Shown in pieces: positions 1 through 7,149 of a stretch of DNA of 31,404 nucleotides. Below the pieces are notes generated by a model. That model saw only the letters and a list, made by a program, of their open reading frames with translations, ran no database searches and was not told where the DNA came from. Source of the stretch: Candidatus Hydrogenedentota bacterium (GTDB taxonomy: Bacteria > Hydrogenedentota > Hydrogenedentia > Hydrogenedentales > SLHB01); the NCBI GenBank assembly GCA_029974275.1, contig JARKSN010000314.1:1-31404 (forward strand), read 5' to 3'. Numbering within the stretch: position 1 is the first letter of the stretch; every line of letters starts with the position of its first letter. Made by a program: the position numbers and the translations under genes.

Positions 1-31
1 TTTCCCAAAGAGGTTCCCCCAACTTTCTTAA

Positions 32-1126
32 CTATCCCTGCTTCGCCTTGAATGCTGCCATGAAATCGCAGAGGGCTTGGACGCCTTCGACGGTCATGGC
101 GTTGTAGATGGAGGCGCGGATGCCGCCGACGGACCGGTGGCCTTTGAGCGCGTCGAGGCCGCAGGACTTGGCTTCCTTCACGAACGCCGCTTCCAGGTCT
201 TCGTTCGGCAGGCGCCACGTCACATTCATGATGGACCGGCACTCACGCGCCGCGTGGCCGCGGTAGAACCCTTCACTCGCGTCGATGACGTCATAGAGCA
301 TCTTCGCTTTCTTGCGATTGACGTCCGCCATCTTGTCGAGGCCGCCGATCGTGTGCAGCAGCCAGTTCGTGACCAGCATGATGACATAGATGCCAAAGCA
401 CGGCGGCGTGTTGTATAGGCTGTCGTTCTCGGCCACGACCCTATAGTCGAGCATCGTCGGCAATCCCTGCGGCGCGCGCTCGAGCAGGTCCTCTCGAATG
501 ATCACCACGGCCACGCCGGACGGCCCGACATTCTTTTGCGCGCCTGCGTAAATGATGCCGAATGGCTCGATCGGAATGGGCTGCGACAGAAAATCCGAAG
601 ACGCATCGCACACCAACGGCGCGCCGCCGGTGTCCGGAAACGATTGAAATTCAACGCCCTCGATGGTTTCGTTCGACGTGATGTGGCAATACGGCGCTTT
701 CGCGTTGAGGCTAAGTTCGGACTGCAAAGGCGTGCGTTTGTAGTGTTCTTCCTTGCCGTCCCATGCGACGCGCGTCTTGCCTTCTTTCTGCGCCTCTTTG
801 AGAGCCTTCTTGCCCCACGATCCCGTGATGATGTAGTCGGCTGCCTCTTCCGATCCGCGCAGCAGATTCATCGGGACCATCGAAAATTGCAGCGAAGCGC
901 CACCCTGTATGAATAAAACCTTATAGGAAGGGGGAAGCTTCAAAAGCTGCGCGATATTCGACTTGGCCGTTTCAAGAATTTCGCCGAATGGCTTCGAACG
1001 ATGACTAATCTCCATCACCGAGGCGCCGGCGCCAGGCAAGACCAATAGGTTGCGTTGGGCCTCTTCAAGGGCCGCCAACGGCAGCGCCGCAGGTCCCGCC
1101 GAAAAATTGTACACGCGCTTTTCCAT
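32..1126 (-). CDS. serC: Phosphoserine aminotransferase
   Basis: N-terminal YNFSAGPAALP, SVMEISHR, PLP-lysine motif YAGAQKNVGPSG, NTPP and GHRSVGGIRASIYNA. Start at MEKRV (1126) has an AAGGGAGAG RBS. Confidence 0.97.
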   Translation of the reverse strand: MEKRVYNFSAGPAALPLAALEEAQRNLLVLPGAGASVMEISHRSKPFGEILETAKSNIAQLLKLPPSYKVLFIQGGASLQFSMVPMNLLRGSEEAADYIITGSWGKKALKEAQKEGKTRVAWDGKEEHYKRTPLQSELSLNAKAPYCHITSNETIEGVEFQSFPDTGGAPLVCDASSDFLSQPIPIEPFGIIYAGAQKNVGPSGVAVVIIREDLLERAPQGLPTMLDYRVVAENDSLYNTPPCFGIYVIMLVTNWLLHTIGGLDKMADVNRKKAKMLYDVIDASEGFYRGHAARECRSIMNVTWRLPNEDLEAAFVKEAKSCGLDALKGHRSVGGIRASIYNAMTVEGVQALCDFMAAFKAKQG

Positions 1127-1378
1127 GACATCTCTCCCTTTTCTTACAGACGCCAACGCACGGCGAACCGCCCGTCTAAACCCGCCCAGGGTTTTCTGCG
1201 GCCATTTCACCACGGCGGCAAACCGTCCGCACATATGACATCATCGTTGAAGGCGAATTGTACTTAGGGAAGACCGTCTCCTGCAACTGTCCGGCCCGGG
1301 CCTGCGTATGGTTAGTAGGTTTTACGCTGCGTGTTGCTCCCAGAACTGTTCGGCCCCTGGATGTTCGGCCCGGATGAC

Positions 1379-1408
1379 TTGACATCGCCGGAATCTATCG
1401 TATACCAT
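1379..1408 (+). promoter_or_regulatory. Putative sigma70 promoter of tRNA-Leu
   Basis: TTGACA (1379-1384), 18 nt spacer, TACCAT (1403-1408), about 25 nt before the tRNA. Confidence 0.6.
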
Positions 1409-1432
1409 CGCTTCGCTTCGAAAGCGCTGCGT

Positions 1433-1518
1433 GCCGGAGTGGTGAAATGGCAGACACGCATGGTTCAGGTCCATGTACGCGCAAGCGTGTGGGGGTTCAA
1501 GTCCCTTCTCCGGCACCA
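1433..1518 (+). tRNA. tRNA-Leu (anticodon CAG)
   Basis: Acceptor stem GCCGGAG/CTCCGGC followed by ACCA, D-loop TGGTGAAATGGCAGAC, anticodon arm CATGG-TTCAGGT-CCATG, long variable arm, T-loop GTTCAAGTC. Confidence 0.97.
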
Positions 1519-1580
1519 TCAACAACGTCTTCTCTAACAAGAGGTTTCGGCAAAAACGCGGCGCCGCTCTTCCACTCGTT
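1461..1580 (+). repeat. attL direct repeat (tRNA 3' part plus 62 bp downstream)
   Basis: Matches 5620-5739 at 118/120 positions; mismatches at 1493G/5652A and 1562C/5721A. Confidence 0.95.
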
Positions 1581-1600
1581 CCCCTTCTTGCGCATAGCAT

Positions 1601-1630
1601 TTGTGCCCGAATTGTGCCCAGATTGTGCCC
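1601..1630 (+). repeat. Three TTGTGCCC repeats with 11-bp period, putative integrase arm-type sites
   Basis: Copies at 1601-1608, 1612-1619 and 1623-1630. The same motif recurs at 5497-5515 near the other end of the element. Confidence 0.75.
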
Positions 1631-1663
1631 TGCCCCGCGAACGAACAATCGAGGTTTCGCGGC

Positions 1664-2737
1664 ATGGCAAGTCTCTACAGGCGCGGGAAAACGTGGTGGA
1701 TAAAAATTTCCGACAAGGGCGTTGTCCGGCGATTTTCACTTCGCACAAGGGATGCTGGCCTTGCCCGGCGGCTCTTGACCGATATCGAATATGCGGTGAG
1801 CATGCAACGGATTTCCGAACGCATTGGCCGATTTCCTCTAAACGAAACGGTCTCGCCTTCAACCCCTACTCCGAACACGTCGCCGCGCGAACAAGTAACG
1901 GCTGTTCAGGCATGGGGCGAATACACTCAGTGGGCCACGGGCAATCTTCGGCCTGCTTCCCTGAATAGAGTCAAAGTTTCGTGGGCAGTATTCCAGGAAA
2001 GATTCCCCACAAAATACATTGCCGACATAAACCCTTCCCGCTTGGAAGAATTCAAAGCGGCACTTGCGAAGGAAGGATTCAAACCCAAGACCGTTGCCGG
2101 GCGACTGGGCGATATTGCGGCGATTCTAGGCCGCATGACGCGCTTAGGATTGCTGGACGTAAATCCTGCAAAAGGAGTCCGGCTTCCCGAGGTCCCTAAA
2201 CGCCCGCCGCGATTTCTCACCGAAGAACAGGCGGACGCCCTTCTCGCGGCGGCGCACGCCCACAGTCAAGACGTGTTCCTGTTTTGTGCTCTTTGTCTGT
2301 ACGCTGGACTTCGCAAGAACGAGGCGATCAACGCGCGTTGGGAGTGGGTAGACTGGACCGCCCGAACGCTTACCGTCCAACCCGGCGAGTGTTTTCTTCT
2401 CAAGGACAGAGATACCCGCACCATTCCCCTGTCCGACCGACTCGCGGCGATCTTGACCGATTACAGGAAGCCCGAGGGATATATTCTCGCCCCCGGCAAT
2501 GCACCCGTCGCCGGGAGACAATATAGAGTTCGTGGTCAGAGAGCCTTCGAAGCCGTCACGTGCAAGGCGGGCGTGCCGTGGTGCACGCCGCACACGCTCC
2601 GTCATACCTTTGCGTCCAGGCTTGCGCAACGCGGCGTGTCTCTGTTCAAGATTCAGACTTGGCTCGGCCACTCGGACAGTTCCACCACGCAAATTTACGC
2701 GCACCTCGCCGCTTACGACGCCGACGTGAATGCGTGA
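1664..2737 (+). CDS. int: Tyrosine recombinase / phage integrase
   Basis: Catalytic residues present: R (AGLRKNE), HTLRH, LGH and Y (TQIYAH). N-terminal arm-binding-like MASLYRRGKTWW. GAGG RBS before 1664. Confidence 0.95.
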   Translation: MASLYRRGKTWWIKISDKGVVRRFSLRTRDAGLARRLLTDIEYAVSMQRISERIGRFPLNETVSPSTPTPNTSPREQVTAVQAWGEYTQWATGNLRPASLNRVKVSWAVFQERFPTKYIADINPSRLEEFKAALAKEGFKPKTVAGRLGDIAAILGRMTRLGLLDVNPAKGVRLPEVPKRPPRFLTEEQADALLAAAHAHSQDVFLFCALCLYAGLRKNEAINARWEWVDWTARTLTVQPGECFLLKDRDTRTIPLSDRLAAILTDYRKPEGYILAPGNAPVAGRQYRVRGQRAFEAVTCKAGVPWCTPHTLRHTFASRLAQRGVSLFKIQTWLGHSDSSTTQIYAHLAAYDADVNA

Positions 2738-3253
2738 TTACCGCGTCCAGATTTCTCGGCACGGGGGGAGGCTTTTCAGCGGCACGCACACGCTCAGCGT
2801 CGAATACGCGCCGTTGTCGGCCCGCTTGACCGTGAACCTCGATACCCACGTCCGGCCCCGTTCGCGCCATGCGAGGCGCAATGCGTCCATCTGCCACGCG
2901 CGGGCCACGCCCTGGGGTTTCCAGTAGCACGTGAGCACGTCGGCCCGAGTCTTCTCAATCCATCCGGGCCACTCGCGCCCGTCGCGTCGAACGTGGAGGA
3001 ATTCAATCAGCATGTCGGCATGCGGGCGGTACCGCGTTTTCTCTTGCACTTTAACGACGGTCCCGCCTCGAAGGAAAAGCGTCCGGTCTATGCCCGCCTT
3101 TTGCTCGGGACTGTTGACCGGCGCAATGGCAATGCGTTCGAGGTCGGGGTAGAGACGGCGATACAGCCGCCCCCATACGCCCGCCTCGGCCTCGCGGTTC
3201 TCGCGGGCGAGGTATGCGCCGAAGTTATGAACAATCCGTTTGGCCGCGCTCAT
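2738..3253 (-). CDS. Hypothetical phage-type protein, possible PD-(D/E)XK nuclease
   Basis: 171-aa ORF with an AGGAA RBS and the pattern GID...VQEK...IE...GW...ADV. Its stop abuts the integrase stop. Confidence 0.6.
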   Translation of the reverse strand: MSAAKRIVHNFGAYLARENREAEAGVWGRLYRRLYPDLERIAIAPVNSPEQKAGIDRTLFLRGGTVVKVQEKTRYRPHADMLIEFLHVRRDGREWPGWIEKTRADVLTCYWKPQGVARAWQMDALRLAWRERGRTWVSRFTVKRADNGAYSTLSVCVPLKSLPPCREIWTR

Positions 3254-3300
3254 GCCTACGAATTCCTTTCCTGATTTCTTTGGATAAAATTCCTACGTCA

Positions 3301-3423
3301 CCTGAAGGGGGAGAGGGAATAAGCCGGAGTCTTCTCCGGCATTCCCTCCCTTTAGGGACTTCGGGTATCTTCGGGTCTTCCCGCCGCAAATAGATTCTCT
3401 AAGGGGGGTTTATTTGCGGCGGG
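3301..3423. other. Two adjacent long inverted repeats, candidate replication origin or structured RNA
   Basis: Hairpin 3301-3356 (GAGGGAAT..GCCGGAG/CTCCGGC ATTCCCTC) and hairpin 3380-3423 (CCCGCCGCAAATA/TATTTGCGGCGGG), separated by two CTTCGGGT copies. Confidence 0.5.
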
Positions 3424-3445
3424 CCATAAACGAAGAGATTCGTGG

Positions 3446-4967
3446 TCAAAAAGGAACATCTTTGGCGGGGACGATCGTTTGGCGATCCTTGCCGTTGACG
3501 CGCTCGATTTCCTCTCGAATCTCGCCTTGCTGGATTGCCAGTCCGATCGCCTTGTCAACGTCTGAAGCCGTCGGCCATTTGTGGAGCCTTCCGATTGCGT
3601 CGGAGAGGTCTTTTCCTACGCCTTGTCGCCGAGAAATACTGTACCGGGTTGGTTTTGTGGACGGGTTTTCGGTCAACCACTCGACAATCGAGGGTATCAG
3701 CGCCTTGTGGTCTCGCGTTGACTCAACCTGCGCCAGCGCGCCGCCGTGGACTCGCTCGAAAGTGAGGGCGTCGGTCGAAGGGTGATTCGAATTCTTTACG
3801 ACGCTCACCGTCACTACGTCTGGATAATTTTCGGCGTCGCGGCGCGTTAAATGAACAATCCACCGGGACGCGCACGCGAGTGAGGAAGCGCCGCGCGCCG
3901 AGTGTTGGGTTGCCTCGCCCGCGCGTCCTTTCGACGAATGGTGCACGAGCAGTATGGCGGTCTCTGTTTCACTGGCAAGCCGCGCAAGCGCCCCGGCCAC
4001 GGCGGCCATTTCGGAGTTCGAGTTTTCGTCCTTGAGCACCGCCGCGTTCGCCAACGGATCGATAATCACAAGGGAGGGCTTTTCGGCTCGCATGCGGCGC
4101 TTCAACGTTCGAAACTCGGCGGTCGCCTCAACGCCACGTTCGCCCGCCACAAACAGTGCGGACGGTTCGCGCCGGAACACGAGGCGCTTGTCCCTCAGCG
4201 CGGCCTCGATTTCCCCCCAAGGGATTTTGCAAGCCTCCGAAATGGCTTGCAATCGAAAGCGTAAAATCGCGAAAGAATCCTCGTACGAGTAGACTAGCAC
4301 ACTCCCGCGTTCGCGCGGAGTGAAAGCCGGGAACACGGCGCGGCCCGTGGAGACGGAGACCGCGAGACAGGTAACTTTTAGAAATTCCGGACTCGCCGAG
4401 AACGAGACCCAGAATTCCCGGAATCGGACCGTTGGAAAAAACCGGCGCGGGCGGCGCGGACGCCCCGAGAATGTCCCCGTCAAGATCGCCGTCCACGAGA
4501 GCATGTCTCGCTTCGAATCGCGCGAAAGCCTCGGCGGCTTCTTCCGGGGAACCGTTGCGCATGCGTTCCGAGGTATCCGCCCAGTCGCGGCGTCGATACT
4601 CGGCGCGAAGGGCGTCCGCACACCGCTCCGGATTGATTGTTGGGTGCTCCGAGCGGACTTCCATGAGATAGGAAGCCTCGGCCACGTCGGCAAGGCCGAG
4701 GGTCTGCAGTTCCGTGTAGATTGCGCAAGCCTCAACCGGCTCTTTACGGTCCACAAGCGAACGTACAGCCTCGGCCACGGCCCCGCTCTGTTCGTCGGGC
4801 CACACAGCGTCCGGCAATTCCGCCACGGCTCGAATGCACTCCTGGTCCGAATCCATGACGCCGGAAAGCAACGCCCGCGCGGTTTGGTGCGCGGCGTCGC
4901 TCGCGGGATGATACGGGCGATCCTCGATTTTTCCCGGCGAGGGGAGCAGACTCAGGGAAACGCTCAT
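3446..4967 (-). pseudogene. DnaB-N-like plus AAA_25/RepA-type helicase, frameshifted at about 4370
   Basis: The frame starting at 4967 (ATGA overlap with the alpA stop) gives a DnaB-N-like helical domain and Walker A GESGISKS. The +1 frame continues LAVSVSTG, YSYED, Walker B LVIIDP, ILLVHHSSKG and RGASSL to the stop at 3446. Confidence 0.8.
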
Positions 4968-5158
4968 TTGTGCGTCTTTCGCAGGTCGGGACAACCGTCG
5001 AAAATCCACTGTTCTAGTTCGGAGGCCTTCCAGCGAACACAACCGCCGGGCCTTGCGGGCGCGGGCATGATTCCGGCTTTGTGCCAGCGGCGGATCGTCG
5101 CCTCGGAACAGGTCAGGATTTTTGCGACCGTTTTGATTGGGAGAAGATCGGTAGTCAT
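4964..5158 (-). CDS. AlpA/excisionase-like HTH protein (64 aa)
   Basis: LLPIKTVAKILTCSEATIRRWHKAGIMPAP..GGCVRWKASELEQWI fits the AlpA/MerR-like winged HTH. AAAGGAG RBS. Confidence 0.88.
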   Translation of the reverse strand: MTTDLLPIKTVAKILTCSEATIRRWHKAGIMPAPARPGGCVRWKASELEQWIFDGCPDLRKTHK

Positions 5159-5192
5159 GTGCGTGTCTCCTTTAGCACTGTGCTGCACGGGT

Positions 5193-5221
5193 AGGATAGC
5201 ATAAATGCACTCTTTTGTCAA
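5193..5221 (-). promoter_or_regulatory. Putative sigma70 promoter of the alpA-helicase operon
   Basis: Minus strand TTGACA, 17 nt spacer, TATCCT with an extended -10 TG. Confidence 0.65.
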
Positions 5222-5342
5222 ACCACATACACACATGTCCGAAAGTTGCCGTACTATAGCGCCTCTAGATCGAAACCACGGCGGGATGTTTCTGGTTTGT
5301 GGATAAAGTTTGTTCGTTTTGTGCAAAACGAATTCTTTCGTG

Positions 5343-5445
5343 AGCGAAAACACCTCGCCTCGCGTGTGACGTCTGGGGCAGGGCCGCCCGGGAGGACCCG
5401 TACCTATGTGTGTGGTGCAGTGTGACGTCGGCATGCCGAGGACCC
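5343..5445 (-). other. Lambda-cos-like packaging signal candidate
   Basis: Minus strand ACGGGTCCT followed 41 nt later by GTTTTCGCT. A second GGGTCCT lies at 5439-5445, and each copy is followed by GACGTCACAC. Confidence 0.5.
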
Positions 5446-5496
5446 TCGTTCACGCGGGTTGATTTCGATTCGGCGCATGGGTAGCCTATCTTTTGA

Positions 5497-5515
5497 GTGT
5501 GCCCAAATTGTGCCC
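5497..5515 (+). repeat. Two (G/T)TGTGCCC repeats with 11-bp period, putative arm-type sites
   Basis: GTGTGCCC at 5497-5504 and TTGTGCCC at 5508-5515. Confidence 0.7.
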
Positions 5516-5619
5516 GTAGGCGGGCGAAAAAGTTTAATGTTCGCGTAGCGCAGGGCGCAGAAAGCCCAATGTTTTTGGTGTTTTGCTGTCGTGCTGTAGC
5601 GGTATGTGTACCAGTTAAG

Positions 5620-5739
5620 TGGTTCAGGTCCATGTACGCGCAAGCGTGTGGAGGTTCAAGTCCCTTCTCCGGCACCATCAACAACGTCTTCTCTAACAAG
5701 AGGTTTCGGCAAAAACGCGGAGCCGCTCTTCCACTCGTT
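5620..5739 (+). repeat. attR direct repeat (displaced tRNA-Leu 3' fragment)
   Basis: 118/120 identical to 1461-1580 and lacks the tRNA 5' half. Confidence 0.95.
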
Positions 5740-5994
5740 GATTTTTTCCCAAGGAATTCTTGTGACTTGATGGTGATCTCTCCGTGCGCCGCCTATCGAG
5801 GGAAAGCGGCGCCGGGAACCGGAAAAACGCAAGAACGCCCCTGCCGTCGGGGTCGGCCCGTTGACTCAAGCAAAAGAGCACTCGAAACCGGATTCGGTTG
5901 CGATTGGGGTGGGCGCCTTGATAGACTCTTACCTTCACACTGGGCCCGGACGGGCGTAAGCGCGTCTCAACACGGCAAGAACCGGGAGGTTTCC

Positions 5995-7149
5995 ATGGGC
6001 ATAGCTCCACATGGCGGGAAGTTGGTGAATCGCGTTTTGAAGGGCGATGCGTTAGCCGCCGCTCAAAAGAAGGCCGCCAAGCTGCCGCGTATCACGATTG
6101 ACACGTATGCTGCGTTTGATGTCGATTGCATTGCAAAAGGAATTTTCAGTCCGCTGACCGGGTTCATGGGTGAAGCCGAGACGCGTTCGGTGTTAGACGC
6201 CATGCACTTGCGTCCAGGCATTCCATGGACCATCCCGATTCTCCTCACGGTTGATGCGAAAACGGGCGATACGCTGGAACTGGGCGGGGAAGTGGCCATC
6301 GAGGACGATGAGGGCGATTTGGTGGCCATTCTGCACCTCGCGGAAAAGTACGGCATGGACCATCGCGACATCGCGGAGAAGGTGTATCGCACGCTGGATG
6401 ATTCCCATCCGGGCGTGAAGTACACCCTCGGTCTGGGCGATGTTTTCTTGGCGGGCGAGTTGGATGTGCTCAAAGAGCGCACCATCGAATTTCAAGATTA
6501 CAACCTGACTCCCCTGGAAACTCGCGCGGCGTTCGAGCATAAGGGGTGGAAACGGATCGTGGCCTTTCAGACGCGCAACCCCATTCACCGCGCGCATGAA
6601 TACATCACGAAATGCGCCTTGGAAATTTGCGACGGGCTGCTCATTCACCCGCTGATGGGCACGACGAAAAGCGATGACATTCCGGGCGATGTGCGCATGA
6701 AGTGCTATCAGGCGTTGATTGAAAAGTACTATCCCCGCGACCATGCCATGTTGTCGCTTATGCCGGTCAACATGCGATACGCAGGTCCGAAAGAGGCAAT
6801 CATGCACGCGATCATCCGCAAGAATTACGGGTGCACGCACTTCATTGTCGGGCGCGACCACGCGGGCGTCGGGAATTTTTACGGTTCGTACGACGCGCAC
6901 TACATTTTCGACGAATTCAACGCCGCCGAAATCGGCATCACGCCGTTGTTTTTCGAGCATACATTCTGGTCAAAACGAACGAATAGCATGGCGTCGAAGA
7001 AGACCTGTCCCGGCACGAACGAGGACCATGTGATGTTGAGCGGCACAAAGGTGCGCGAACTGCTCCAGCGCGGCGAAATGCCGCCCGTGGAATTCACGCG
7101 GCCTGAAGTGGCGCAGATACTCATCGACTGGGCGCGGGGCGTTGTGTAA
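5995..7149 (+). CDS. sat: Sulfate adenylyltransferase (ATP sulfurylase)
   Basis: PHGGKLVNR, AFQTRNPIHRAHEY, MRYAGPKEA, HFIVGRDHAGVG, SGTKVR. GGAGG RBS before 5995. Confidence 0.97.
   Translation: MGIAPHGGKLVNRVLKGDALAAAQKKAAKLPRITIDTYAAFDVDCIAKGIFSPLTGFMGEAETRSVLDAMHLRPGIPWTIPILLTVDAKTGDTLELGGEVAIEDDEGDLVAILHLAEKYGMDHRDIAEKVYRTLDDSHPGVKYTLGLGDVFLAGELDVLKERTIEFQDYNLTPLETRAAFEHKGWKRIVAFQTRNPIHRAHEYITKCALEICDGLLIHPLMGTTKSDDIPGDVRMKCYQALIEKYYPRDHAMLSLMPVNMRYAGPKEAIMHAIIRKNYGCTHFIVGRDHAGVGNFYGSYDAHYIFDEFNAAEIGITPLFFEHTFWSKRTNSMASKKTCPGTNEDHVMLSGTKVRELLQRGEMPPVEFTRPEVAQILIDWARGVV

Larger units (their letters stand above)
1461..5739. mobile_element. tRNA-Leu-integrated element, phage-satellite (PICI/PICMI)-like, unit length 4,159 bp
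   Basis: Flanked by 120-bp direct repeats containing the tRNA 3' half. Encodes an integrase, AlpA/Xis, a helicase and one accessory gene. Confidence 0.93.

Noticed and set aside
1130..1260. Possible riboswitch (ZTP, glycine or serC leader) upstream of serC
   Set aside because: Only a CCTGGGC fragment resembles the ZTP motif; the other conserved elements were not found.
1322..1703. ORFs overlapping the tRNA (and their twins at 5265-5699) sharing MVPEKGLEPP or MYAQACGGSSP
   Set aside because: These are translations of tRNA/att sequence, not proteins.
4370..4385. Programmed ribosomal frameshift in the helicase
   Set aside because: The shift needed is +1, there is no canonical slippery heptamer, and residues appear to be missing, so deletion or assembly error is more likely.
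4320..5204. 294-aa plus-strand ORF inside the island
   Set aside because: Antisense shadow of the alpA and helicase genes with no recognisable motifs.
5620..5677. Second tRNA-Leu gene
   Set aside because: Only the 3' part is present (no acceptor 5' strand or D-arm); it is the att duplication.
5497..5994. 166-aa N-terminal extension of Sat in the ORF track
   Set aside because: It runs through attR and the tRNA fragment. The real start is the ATG at 5995 with a GGAGG RBS.
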